Assembly: GCA_964016885.1 (NCBI GenBank) | Contig: OZ024741.1 | Span: 375,348,001-375,412,000, forward strand | Direction: 5' to 3' | DNA: 64,000 nucleotides | DNA from: Eledone cirrhosa | Lineage: Eukaryota | Part shown: positions 12,543 to 27,379 of the stretch, piece by piece | Layout: each line of letters starts with the position of its first letter | Position numbering within the stretch: the first letter of the stretch is position 1 | Program-made: the position numbers and the translations under genes | Notes under the pieces: generated by a model | The model's input: the letters and a program-made list of their open reading frames with translations, nothing else | Database searches by the model: none | Told to the model about the DNA's origin: nothing

Positions 12543-12626
12543 ATATGTAAAAGGTAAACAGAAATAACAACACTATGTATGTATGTATGTATGTATGTAT
12601 GTATGTATGTATGTATGTATGTATGT

Positions 12627-12994
12627 AGAAGGAAAACTCTGATATAACACCTACAACCCTGATGGTATCCATTGATGTTGACTTGTTCTTCTTTTTGGTA
12701 AATATCATCTTGGTTAAGAGAGTGGGACTGGCTTTGTGCAGTGCCTTTGCTCACTATAAAAGCTTCACGGCACAGGCATTGCTTTATATCTGGAGATCTC
12801 TCTGCACTTGTCGTTACAGGGTACCATGGGCCCAGCACTATGTGTCAATAATTGTCACAAGTGTAGTGTTTGTACCAGAGTTTTCAAGTCGCTGGCTGGA
12901 CTAAAAAGTCACATTCGTTCAGCGCATCGGTAGGAGTTCTCCTACATGGATATAGGGCAGTGGCCGTACTCGAAAACGAGTTGGCAGCCACCAT
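12627..12994 (+). mobile_element. RTE-tailed non-coding retroelement, 5'-truncated, in (TATG)n
   Basis: Matches 3514-3877. (TATG)n on both sides. Confidence 0.85.
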
Positions 12995-13004
12995 GTATGT
13001 ATGT

Positions 13005-13560
13005 ATGGTCGGGTCGTTGGCGACTAAACTGGCAACCCCACCAAGGTTTCTTGATGAGGAGGGTGACTTTGGACATCCTGCAGGACTAAAAACAAAACCT
13101 GTCAAAGGGCAAAGGAGCTCTTAAGAGTCAATGGCCATCCAAAATCACCTGGAGAGATGACCCCTTAGCCTTTGTCAAGGCAGAATTCTAGGAGAAGGAA
13201 AACTCTGATATAACACCTGCAACTCTGATGGTATCCAATGATGTTGACTTGTTCTTCTTTTTGGTAAATATCATCTTGGTTAAGAGAGTGGGACTGGCTT
13301 TGTGCAGTGCCTTTGCTCACTATAAAAGCTTCACGGCACAGGCATTGCTTTATATCTGGAGATCTCTCTGCACTTGTCGTCACATGGTACTATGGGCCCA
13401 GCACTATGTGTCAATAATTGTCACAAGTGTAGTGTTTGTACCAGAGTTTTCAAGTCGCTGGCTGGACTAAGAAGTCACACTCGTTCAACGCATCGGTGGG
13501 GGTTCTCCTACATGGATATAAAGTAGTGGCCGTACTCGAAAACGAGTTGGCAGCCACCAT
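13005..13560 (+). mobile_element. RTE-tailed non-coding retroelement, 5'-truncated, in (TATG)n
   Basis: Matches 3325-3877. Followed by a (GTAT)n tail. Confidence 0.85.
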
Positions 13561-13640
13561 GTATGTATGTATGTATGTATGTATGTATGTATGTATGTAT
13601 GTATGTATGTATGTATGTATGTATGTATGTATGCATGTAT

Positions 13641-14048
13641 GTTCCTCTAGTTTTATAATTTCACACATTTTTTCCAATATAGAGAGTCGGTTTCTAACAT
13701 AGATACAATACTCTCTCATTGGAATTTAATCAACATCAACTAGGTAGATATGTACGCATGTCTGCATGCATGTGTGTGCAGGTATGGATGTTATTGTATG
13801 TGTGGATGTGTATGTTTTGAGTTATATCTGTGCATGTGCATATGCCTTGTATCTAGACATGTGTATACACGGTTATTAGATGCAGAATTTTTGGAATGTT
13901 TTACATATTTTTACTGTTCTATTAATGGATTGTACTTGTAATTTCCTAACTAGTCGTGTTCTTTCTGTTTCTGTGAAGCCCAGCTTCTCAAGATTTGTAC
14001 TGAGGCAGTTATAAATATATGTCAGTGCCCGAATAATCACATGCATAA

Positions 14049-14050
<2 letters not shown>
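13641..14050 (-). mobile_element. R4/Dong-like RLE LINE family 2, 3' end
   Basis: Minus strand encodes NCLSTNLEKLGFTETERTRLVRKLQVQSINRTVKICKTFQKFCI*, paralogous to the family 1 C-terminus. Second copy at 50262-50680. Flanked by (CATA)n. Confidence 0.75.
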
Positions 14051-14079
<29 letters not shown>

Positions 14080-14098
14080 TGTATGTATGTATGTATGT

Positions 14099-14965
14099 TA
14101 TCTCTTTCTCTTAATTTCGAGTATATTTTTTTTGACCGGCCACCTTCCTGGTGGCAAGGTTGTAAAAGAAAAGAAATTGTCATCCCTTGAATCGCAAGAA
14201 TGTTTTGCAAATTTTAAAGGTGCCAGCTATCGCAGCCATTTGTAGACTATGAATTAGGGAGCTGCGATTTTTGTCCGCAAATCCAAGTTCAGTCATACCT
14301 TGGTCCAAGCGGGTTGGTATATAACCCGTAGCTCCAATAATGATGGGTATGAAGCTAAAGTGTATCTTGGATACTGGATTTGTAAACTCCTCATCAATGT
14401 CCTCTTTCTCCTGTATTTTTCTGACAAGGTTTACATCAAGTGGGCAGCTGATCTCCACAACAGAACACGTTTTCAATGTGTGGTCCCAAACAACAATATC
14501 AAGCCGGTTGTGCTTTAATTTGGTGGCAGTTTTTATTTTCAGGTTCCACCAGTATTCCTTAGTGCCATCTGTCTCAATATATTCTTCCTCGTTTGTTGTT
14601 AATTTTGTTTTCCGAAGTGCGTTCCAGATGGTTCTAGCTATCCCATCGTGTCTCATGGGGAGGTAGTAGCGAGATGACATTCTTTCGTAGCTGGCAACAA
14701 TCTGGCTTACATTCTCGATCTTTGTTTTACATAGCCTACATTTATTGTCAGCTGATGGCCCTCCTCTTTTGTGCAGCAGATATTTGGTAGGGAGTTCTTG
14801 TTCCTGTATTGCATAGAGATATCCCTCAAGGTGTGATGTCATAAACTTGTCGGAACTCCATGCCAGGCTTTTTGAGTGGTTTATCCCCTCTATGGTCTGT
14901 GTTTTACGCCTCAAGTATCCATGCACAACTTTATCTGTAAATTGGTCAATTTTTTTAATTTTTTT

Positions 14966-14966
<1 letters not shown>
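14099..14966 (-). mobile_element. R4/Dong-like RLE LINE family 1, 3' ~870 bp
   Basis: ORF 14180-15061 has AIQEQELPT, zinc knuckle CRLCKTKIENVSQIV, RHDGIA, RLDIVVWD..VVEISCP (PD..D/E nuclease) and IPIIIGATG. Both ends lie in (CATA)n. Confidence 0.9.
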
Positions 14967-14997
<31 letters not shown>

Positions 14998-15041
14998 TGT
15001 ATGTATGTATGTATGTATGTATGTATGTATGTATGTATGCT

Positions 15042-15474
15042 ACCAGTACAACCTGTTTCATGGTCGGCCGTCGGTGACTAAACCGGCAACCGCACCAGGC
15101 TTACTTGGTGAGTGGGGTGTTATTTGGATACTCGGCGGGATGAAATACAAGACCCGGCAAAGGGTGGAGGAACTTAGCAGAGTCTACGGCCATCCAGATA
15201 GTACTTTTTTTTTACCTGGGAGTGAAAGGCCCCCAGTTGTTGTCACAACTCTTTCTAGGAGAGAGAAACTCTGAAAAAAAAAAAAAATTCCATGCTCAGA
15301 GAGTGGGATGAGTCGAGTGCAAGGCCTTTCCCCACTTAAAAAAACCTTCAAAGCACCGGCATTGCTCGTTAGGATCTGTTATAGGTTCGTATGGTTGGCC
15401 GTAGTCTAAAGGTGCACTATGTCTATAATCTGACAGGCGATTGCAATACTCTTTGCAGAGTTTGCGGCCATCAT
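15042..15474 (+). mobile_element. diverged relative of the RTE-tailed non-coding retroelement
   Basis: Shares CCAGTACAACCTG..GACTAAAC and CTAGGAGA..AAACTCTGA. 3' end GCAATACTC-TTTGCA-GAGTTTGC-GGCCATCAT(GTAT)n. Confidence 0.75.
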
Positions 15475-15568
15475 GTATGTATGTATGTATGTATGTATGT
15501 ATGTATGTATGTATGTATGTATGTATGTATGTATGTATGTATGTATGTTTGTATGTATGTATGTATGT

Positions 15569-15891
15569 ATGATGTTGACTTGTTCTTCTTTTTGTTAAAT
15601 ATCATCTTGTTTAAGAGAGTGGGACTGGCTTTGTGCAGTGCCTTTGCTCACTATAAAAGCTTCACGGCACAGGCATTGCTTTATATCTGGAGATCTCTCT
15701 GCACTTGTCGTCACATGGTACCATGGGCCCAGCATTATGTGTCAATAATTGTCACAATTGTAGTGTTTGTACCAGAGTTTTCAAGTCGCTGACTGGACTA
15801 AAAAGTCACACTCGTTCAGCGCATCGGTATGGGTTCTCCTACATGAATATAAAGTAGTGGCCGTACTCGAAAACGAGTTGGCAGCCACCAT
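15569..15891 (+). mobile_element. RTE-tailed non-coding retroelement, 5'-truncated, in (TATG)n
   Basis: Matches 3558-3877. Confidence 0.85.
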
Positions 15892-16254
15892 GTATGTATG
15901 TATGCATGTATGTATATAAGCATGCATGCTTGTATGTATGTGTGATAAACTTGTGGGTAGGGTAGTAAAATGTTATTATCGACTTGATGATGTACAGGGT
16001 GAGAGAAGAAAAAATAAGAGCAATTAGTTGCCGAACGCAGGTAGACGGTTGACTTGTAATAGTTCAATAAGGACTCGAGAGAAAATAATATCCAAAACGA
16101 ACATTTTTGGTAACCCCTTAAAATTATAGAGAAATCTTGTAGCAAATTTCGACACATCTGTATTATCTGTGTGTGTGTATGTTTGTATGTATGTGTAGAC
16201 GTATATATGTATGTATGTATGTGTGTGTATATATATATATATGCACATACACCA

Positions 16255-16314
<60 letters not shown>

Positions 16315-16492
16315 TTACATTGAGTCTTGCTTATCTGGAGGTTTATCTGGAGATAAACTGGGACAGAACAGGAAGACGAGTGGTGCTTGTCTAGCATATG
16401 GTTCAATGTTGGTGGCAGAGAAGACGCTTATGTAGGGCGGAATAAGAAGGGGGAGGAAAACACACGTACGCACACGCACACGCGCGCACGTG

Positions 16493-16526
<34 letters not shown>

Positions 16527-17027
16527 ATATATATATATATATTTACATATATAAATATATATGTATGGGCGTGTATGTTTGAGGAAACAGTGTGGCCTTG
16601 CCAGAGTTAAAGAAGGAAATACATACACGCAAACACAATCATTCTACATACGTACATACATACATATATACATATATACACATATACATACACGGACATA
16701 TGTAGCATTTCTAATAAGTAAAATCGACGACCCCAGCAGATGAATGACGTGTGTTATCTGTCTACGCCATGTCAACGAGTTCTGTTGCAGGTGTTGTAAT
16801 GTGGTAAAGATGTCTGGTTTAAAGTAATAAGGAGTGAATAGGGCAACAGTCATGAACAGAAGGCGGTGGAAGCAACGGTGGTTGATTGTGTTTGAGGAGG
16901 AAATGGATGAATGGGAAAGTGGCATCCACATTTCATTCTGTTTCTCTACCTTTCTGTCTGCCTGTGTGTGTGTGATTTCACACTCAAACACACACAAACG
17001 TAAACACACACACACTTATATATATAT

Positions 17028-17112
17028 AAGACCCTCTTCCTGCTATTTCAAGCGTTAACCTAATATTCCTTCCATATACTGTACTGATTGTGTTGTTATT
17101 TCTGTTTACCTT
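17028..17112 (+). mobile_element. Penelope-type terminal-repeat fragment starting at the predicted hammerhead cleavage site
   Basis: AAGACCCTCTTCCTGCTAT..TTCTGTTTACCTT matches 32245-32326. (TA)n on both sides. Confidence 0.75.
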
Positions 17113-17138
17113 ATATATATATATATATATAGACAGAG

Positions 17139-17241
17139 AGAGGGTGTCCCAAAAATTGTATACACACTTTGATTATCTGTACAGGCAATACTTTTTAGAA
17201 TGCTGTTGCAGTGTGTATGTACTTTTGGGGGACACCCAGTG
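17139..17241. mobile_element. Tc1/mariner-type MITE
   Basis: Inverted ends GGGTGTCCCAAAAATTGTATACACACT / AGTGTGTATGTACTTTTGGGGGACACCC, in a TA context. Confidence 0.6.
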
Positions 17242-18791
17242 TATATATATATACATATACATATACATATACATATATAGTAAACATTCTGATACATCGT
17301 ATAAATATAAAAAACAATATCGAAACCGTAATAGACGAGTTACTTGGTATAATGCTCCATTTAATCTACAAATTAAAGATAATATCCCTAAACATTTTTT
17401 TACTATCCTAGAGAAAAACTTCCCGCCAAACCATAAATGCCATCAAATTTTAAATAGATCAACTGTCAAATTTTCCTACTCCACTACCAAAAATATACAA
17501 CAAAATATAAGTGCGTACAACGCATATAAATGTAAAAGAACCCCAGGAATATCCCACCAATACATCAAACCAACCATAATACTAAAATAGACCGCAACAA
17601 ACCACCATCTCCTTCACATATAACAAGTCGAGTAAATTCCACACAAAATTTGACTAACTCCCCTGATTCACGAATGGTTGTAACTGTAGAAACAAAAGAA
17701 ATTGCCCATTAAAGGGAAATTGTCTTATTAATAACATAGTCTATAAATGTAAAATTAGAACTAATGACTCCACTTATTCATATATAGGAGCTACGTCTGA
17801 CCAATTTAAAGTAAGTTTTAATACCCACATACATAGTTTTTAAAATGCCGCATTAGCTAATACAACATCCTTGGCTGAAACAATTAATAATTATAGAAAA
17901 AAGAATATCGATTACAACCTGACCTGGAGTGTGCTCAAAAGGGCCACCCCTTATCAAAATAACAGATATGAACTTTTTGAAATAATGAAATCTAAGGATA
18001 TCCTATTAAATAAGCGACAAGAATTAATTATATCTTGCAATCATAGAATTAGAAGAACCTTCAAATATTATAAGCCTAATTAATATACACCTCACACTTA
18101 TATTTTACATATTATTATAATCAGTTTTTTTAATTTAGTTAACCTATAATTAGTACTTTACTACAGAGAACTTCATAATTTTATTTCCCTCTTACAGCTC
18201 TCTTTTCCTAAAATTAATACCTAAAAGTATACATATAAATTAATTTAATTTCCTGTTATGAATCTAGATTCCTTGTAGTTTATATAAGATTGGTATTTCT
18301 CACTACTACCCTTATCCCAAAATTTTATTTTCTTTCGTTTTTAACAACATTCTTTAATAACATCTAATTCTTATTTATCACATCCATATGAATTAATATA
18401 AATTTATCCCTATAAGTATACCTATCAATTAATTTAATTCTTGTTATAGATCTAAATTCCTTGTGGTTTAAATAAGATTGGTATTTCTTACTAATACCCT
18501 TACCCTAAAATGTTACTCTCCTTCGTTTTTAACATTATTCTTTAATAACATCAAATTTTCGTGTACCCTTCACCGGCTTGACCTCTTTTCATCCCCAAAG
18601 TATTCTTTTCATTCAAAGTATTCTTTCCATTCAAAACATAAGTCTGCATTCCTCTACCCCTAAATTAAATTTCAACTACTACTATTCTATCAACTTGACC
18701 TCTTACTACTTTTCTATTGGTCAATTCAAAACCTGTTCCCAAACAGACCTATTATATTAAATCTTTGTTGTTTTTTTTCAATAAACAAATC

Positions 18792-18925
18792 TCATCATTT
18801 CTGAAGATAGCATATATATGTGAAGGTATGTATACTTCTTCTGATAGTTTGTAATATTTTTACATAGATCTATGATATACATACCAACACACATATATAT
18901 CCTAGAAACGATCGTAAAATGATGA
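18792..18925 (+). ncRNA. type I hammerhead ribozyme with extended stem II
   Basis: Stem I TCATCATTT/AAATGATGA; core CTGAAGA; stem II TAGCATATATATGTG..CACATATATATCCTA and GGTATGTATA/TATACATACC; GAAA; palindromic stem III ACGATCGT; GUA triplet. Confidence 0.85.
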
Positions 18926-19028
18926 ATTTTTTAATATAAGGAACTTGTTCTTTGTTTTTATTCATTGTTTTTAAGGTTGTCTTTTTTCAGGGTATGTCAA
19001 TATTTATTTATAAAACAAATCTGTATTG

Positions 19029-19094
19029 TATTTTATCTGATGAAAGCGCACCATAATTTGCCTTGGTGGCCCTTGAAATATGTATAATAAAATA
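19029..19094 (+). ncRNA. type I hammerhead ribozyme
   Basis: TATTTTAT-CTGATGA-AAG..CACC/GGTG..CTT-GAAA-TATGTA-TA-ATAAAATA. Homologue at 21905. Confidence 0.75.
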
Positions 19095-19128
19095 AATATG
19101 GTTTTATAAATATAGTTTACATTTGTTA

Positions 19129-21088
<1,960 letters not shown>

Positions 21089-21168
21089 GTGCGTGCTTTC
21101 GAGGTTTGTGTACCTAAAAACACTAAACATGCATTGATTAAAAAACTTACCACCGATTGTAGAGTCAA

Positions 21169-21351
21169 AGGATTGGCAGTATCGGTAGAGAGTCGGACAC
21201 CATGCTATGAAGCATAGAGTTACGTCCCTTTGTGATCTGAGTTCAAAACCCGCCAAGGTTAACTTTGCCTTTCATCCTTACGGGGTCGATAAAATAAAGT
21301 ACCAGTATTGTACTGGGTAATTGCTGGCCTTGTGCCAAAAGTAGAAACAAT
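21169..21351 (+). mobile_element. tRNA-derived SINE, group A
   Basis: A-box, B-box, central motif and 3' end all present. Confidence 0.85.
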
Positions 21352-21586
21352 ATATTAGTGAAATTTCACCGTACCTGGCTTCTCAGAAAGCTATTTTGGG
21401 CAACTTTGAAACAGACTCTATTTATTACTGCTCTTAACGTAGGTATAATGTCAGAAATTTAAGGAGAGAGATTTATTAATTACTTATACGTAATTTTAAC
21501 GAGACGGAGGAATGAAAGGTAAAACAAAGCGTATATATTAAAAAGAACGATGAAGTTTCGTTTACATTGGGTGACCCTGAGCCAAT

Positions 21587-21630
<44 letters not shown>

Positions 21631-21726
21631 CAGTTATAATCCTGTAGAAGTCACTTCTATAATTTATAATAAAGATGTCTATACTTTACTAACGTATTGA
21701 ATACCTTTTTTAACATCGGGAATCCG

Positions 21727-21761
<35 letters not shown>

Positions 21762-21904
21762 CCACCACCGCAAGCGTCACCCCATCCCCGCACGGCATTG
21801 ATTCGTTCACATCGACTTCGACTTCCAGCTTCTAACTCTTTCGGTTTGTGTTTCGTTAAGGTATATTCTCCTTGGTTATGTCAAAATTTATAAGACACAC
21901 TTCG

Positions 21905-21966
21905 TATTTTATCTGATGATAGCGTACCAACATTTTTGGTACCCTTGAAATATATATAATAGAATA
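21905..21966 (+). ncRNA. type I hammerhead ribozyme in a solo Penelope-type repeat (about 21760-22010)
   Basis: TATTTTAT-CTGATGA-..GTACCA/TGGTAC..-GAAA-TATATA-TA-ATAGAATA. Flanks are homologous to 18975-19130. Confidence 0.75.
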
Positions 21967-22011
21967 AATATGGTTTTATAAATTTAGTTTTCCATTTATT
22001 TAATATCATTG

Positions 22012-22055
<44 letters not shown>

Positions 22056-22095
22056 TATCCTTTACAGGTTGATGTCACTATTCTGAGACCATTAA

Positions 22096-22288
22096 GGAGG
22101 TGGATTGGCAGTATTGGTAGAGGGTCGGACGCCATGCTTTGACGCATAGAGTTACGCTCCTTGCCATTCTGAGTTCAAATCCCGGCGAGGTTAACTTTGC
22201 CTTTCATCCTTACAGGGCCCATAAAATAAAGTACCAGTAATGTACTGGAATAATTGCTGGCATTGTGCCAAAAGTAGAAACAATTATT
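22096..22288 (+). mobile_element. tRNA-derived SINE, group A
   Basis: Full-length match to the family. Confidence 0.85.
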
Positions 22289-23142
22289 AAGCACCACTAT
22301 TAAGGGCTATTCTCCTTTTTCATATTTATTTTACTGATTTCTGTCATTAGACTGTGGCCATTTTGGAGAAACGATTTAATTTAGTCGATTATATTATCAC
22401 CAGTATTATGTTTTAAGTTTATTATAGTTTTCGTACACTAACACGTGAACACTCTCGTTTTTTCAAATTTTCATCTTGGAGCTACTTCTCTTTGTTATAC
22501 GTTTTTAGCACGCATTACTTTTAATATAGCAGAACATTCAGCTGGATAAATGAGTTGTACTTGTAATTCAATGGGCCAATCTTTTCTTACATTGTGTCAC
22601 GCCGAATTTTCCTGCGAACTACATTAAAACTGCCTGTGTTAGTATTAATTTGCTGAACAGGCAGTTCCGTTGATTATATCAACTGCAGCACCCATCGTGT
22701 GAGACGACGGAGGTCCAACACCAACTTGCTCACCATGTATGTTTGTGGTCTGTTGACTATCAAATTATAAACTGCTTGCTGCCACGTCTGTTTACCATAT
22801 GTTAACTACAGTCAGTTCACGCTCACTGAACAATATTTATATACACTACTATATACTAAAGTGTTCTTTCACTAATCCCCCCCCCCCCCCCCCTGGATTG
22901 CCTTCCTCCCAAGCACCTTCATTGTCCAAAATATTCTCTCAGACTATACATTGCAGTGAACCAATGTGAGAGGGAGACTTGCTAGAAGTAGCAGCTAAAT
23001 TTTCATCAAACCACACTCTCCTGTTTTACGAAAACAAAGAGCACTTTGGATAATATTACTCTAGATATACTGCCTGAAAGAAAGGATTGTCAGGTAACGT
23101 CTTTGATCATTGGCAATTTCGATTAGAGATAACCTGGAGCTA

Positions 23143-23191
<49 letters not shown>

Positions 23192-23518
23192 ACAGCAGCA
23201 GCAACAACAACAACACTAACAATAACACCAACCCTACCACCAGTTCAAAACATTTGCGTTGGGACACACATTTCAAATTTCAAATTTCCCGAATAGTTCT
23301 TAAGTCAACCGCTTTGTTTACACTTTTAGATACAGACATGGTATCTTCTAAAAAGACGGAATTATGAGTCAGCGATTCTTTAACGTAGTGGTTAACTCCC
23401 TTGCTCGACATACCATGAAACGCAGAGTTAAATCGGTTTCCTCGCAGGTACTTTGTCTACTTTCTTTTGACTCCAGGGGGCACTTTACCAAATTTTCTCA
23501 ACTTCTATTTATTTGTGC

Positions 23519-23842
23519 ATGATCCCGTAATTCCGGATGGAGTCGTATGGGCACCATATTGATATACGGCGTCTGTATGGCATTTTAAAATCTGGTGGAA
23601 CCCATCCTTCTCCTGGTTTGAACACAGTAGATTTCTTCCAGAGAAGGATAGACAATGAGAGAATGGAAGTGAGAAAGAGATATAGAGGAAGAATCGACCC
23701 CAGTACTAGATTGGTACTATTTTTTTCGACTTCGAATGAATGAAAAGCAAAGTTGACCCCGGCGCGATTTGAACTTAGAGGGCAGAGAATTGAAATGAAT
23801 ACTGCAAAGAATTCTATCCCACTTTCTAACGACTCTGCCAAT
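23519..23842 (-). mobile_element. tRNA-derived SINE, group A long variant
   Basis: Matches 216-532. Confidence 0.8.
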
Positions 23843-23875
23843 TTTATTTATAGTGATCGACTATTATTATGCTCA

Positions 23876-23993
23876 TTCTGAGTTCAAATCCCGCCGAGGT
23901 TGACTTTGCCTTTCATCCTTACGGGGTCGATAAAATAAAGTACCAGTAATGCACTGGGTATTTGCTGGCCTTGTGCCTAATGTAGAAACAATA
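23876..23993 (+). mobile_element. group A SINE, 5'-truncated
   Basis: Runs from the B-box to the 3' end. Confidence 0.85.
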
Positions 23994-24496
23994 ATGCTCA
24001 TTTGCTTTGCGACGCACACATTTTAAATTTAAACTTTAACCGTTTAGACCTTCTTTGTTTAATCGCACTTCAGTCAACTAAGGAGAAGGTCATGATAGGA
24101 ATGCAGCCTATGATGTTACATTATATAATAAAACAATGAAGTGAAATTGCTTCAACAAAACAACGAAACCATCAAACAGACAGAATATTCTGCTTAACCC
24201 TTTCACTGCCATATATCTAATGAAATATACTGCCATATGTTTCAATGAGTGGTTAGAGAATTGGATTCAAAATCGTGAGGTCGTGATTTCGATTCTCGGA
24301 CCGGGTGATGCGCTATGTTCTTGAGCAAGACACTTTATTTCACGTTGATCCTCCTGCCTGGATTTGCGACCGACAGATAGTCTTAGCAATTAGAAAGACC
24401 AATGGAAACATTGTTTTCTCGGTCCGATTTGAGGAGCTCCACTTCACTCGTTAAGCGAATGAGGTTTGGGATTTTGTCTTGTCAATGTTTCAATTA

Positions 24497-24938
<442 letters not shown>

Positions 24939-24946
24939 ACATATGC

Positions 24947-25790
24947 ATGTTATAGAGTTGTATGTTACACTGTTGCCTGTTACATTATTATATGTTACAG
25001 TTATGTTACAGTTATGTTACAGTATTATGTTACAGCATTATATGTTACAGTGGTTATATGTTACTGCATTATATGCTATAGTGTTATATGTTACAGTATG
25101 TTACAGTTATGTTACAGTATTATATGTTACAGCATTATATGTTACGGCATTATATGTTACAGCATTATATGTTACAGTGGTATATGTTACTGTATTATAT
25201 GTTACTGTATTATATATTACTGTATTATATGTTACAGTATATGTTACAGTTATATGCAGCATTATATGTCACAGTGGTCTATGTTACAGTTTATGTTACC
25301 GTATTATATGTTACAGCATTATATGTTACAGTGGTATTCGTTACTGTATTATTTGTTACAGTATATGTTAAAGTATATGTTACAGTATCATATGTTACAG
25401 TATATGTTACAGTATGTTACAGTATATGTTACAGTATCATATGTTACAGTATTATATGTTACAATGGTATGTTACTGTGATATATGTTACAGTATATGTT
25501 ACAGTATATGTTACAGTATATGTTACAGTATCATATGTTACAGTATATGTTACAGTATCATATGTTACAGTATATGTTACAATGGTATGTTACAGTGTTA
25601 CATGTTACAGTATATGTTACGGTATATGTTACAGTATCATATGTTACAGTATATGTTACAGTATTATATGTTACAATGGTATGTTACAGTGTTATATGTT
25701 ACAGTATATGTTACAGCATATGTTACAGTATACATTACAGTATGTTACAGTATTGTATGTTGCAGCTGTTTACTTTACAGTGTTCTGTAT
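24947..25790. repeat. minisatellite of 10/12/15-bp units with core ATGTTACAGT
   Basis: Dozens of TATATGTTACAG(TAT) variants over about 840 bp. Confidence 0.95.
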
Positions 25791-26169
25791 ATAACCAAAA
25801 TATATTTTAGACTTAAAACTATTTTACCTGCAATTTAGCAGAACTAATTAAGCAACAATACCATTGATTAAACATGATGCTAATTAACTATTTTAAACAT
25901 TTAATGAAGTCTGTTACTTCAATTTTCAGCTCAGCTATTCAATCAATTATTTTCCCGCTTCATTGTATTGTTTTTATAATACAACTAGAGTGTTGCTATA
26001 GAGACGAAATAGTGTGGTTAAAGGCTGCAATAGTGTTGGTACATTGTCACTGTAATTTTTTAAAATTTAATTTTCAATGTTGGAAGGAAAGGCAAGCTTA
26101 TAAATATGCAATTTTGTAAAAATGGAAGGAAAACTTTGGATAATATAGTCTTTAAATATATGGTATGAT

Positions 26170-26481
26170 ATGGTTCCGTAACTCATGATGGAGTCGTAAG
26201 GCGCTGCATTGACATATGGCGTTTCCAGGGCATCCTTTAAACCTGGCTGATCTCATCCCCTCTCCAGGTCTGAATATAGCAGATTTCTTTCAAAGAAGGA
26301 TAGAGAGTGAGAGAATGGAAGTGAGAAAAAGACTCAGAGGAAGAATCTACCCCAGTAATTGACTGGTACTTTTTTTTATTGACCTCGAATGGTTAAAAAG
26401 GCGGGATTTAAACTCAGAAAGCAGAGAGTCGAAACGAATAGCTCAAAGCATTCTATCCGCCGTTTTAACGGCTCTGCCAAT
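26170..26481 (-). mobile_element. tRNA-derived SINE, group A long variant
   Basis: Matches 216-532 with an internal deletion. Confidence 0.8.
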
Positions 26482-27058
26482 CTGGCGCCTATCCTTGAAT
26501 ATATACTGCATGGGAAAACAAATTATGGAATGTTTACGACTGGAAACTCTTTCATCATAGAGCTTTTCCCGATCAGGGCTGACCAAGGGCTAAACAATAA
26601 CAACTATTACAATATAACACCACTAACAATGAATTAACGTAGTATCTCAGACTGTTAGAAATATATCTCACTCAATTCACAACCGTCCACATAAAAAATA
26701 AATAAACAGGAAGTACATATTATATAATGTAGTTGTTGAAATAAATATTGGATGATTATGGCTGGAATGTTTTGATCATATATATGATTGGTCATGGCTA
26801 ACTTTGACTAAGCAGCAAGAACTTCCTTTATCCGAACTCATAAGCCAATAGTTTCTATTTTCTCAACTCTTTTTTTACACGCAGCACATATTAAAACAAA
26901 TAAGAATATTTTGGTGGTCTTTGTGAATAGAAAAGTATTTAAGAAAAATATATGAAAAATTAGCGTCATCACCGAGGAAAGAAATATGTTATTCTCAGAG
27001 CTGCAGGTAAATCGTTGTATAATATATATATATATAATTACAATTTAGCTTCGTTGTG

Positions 27059-27137
<79 letters not shown>

Positions 27138-27302
27138 TTAACAGGAGAAAAGTGAAAATTGAGAGAAACGAAAAAGGAAAATATATATATATATATAAAA
27201 TTACAGTTTAGCTTCAGGCATAGTTGTATACAGATATGTATTAGAATTTCGTATTTCAGAAGAAATACGGTATGTTTGAAATAAACATTTAGAGAGTCGC
27301 AG

Positions 27303-27379
<77 letters not shown>

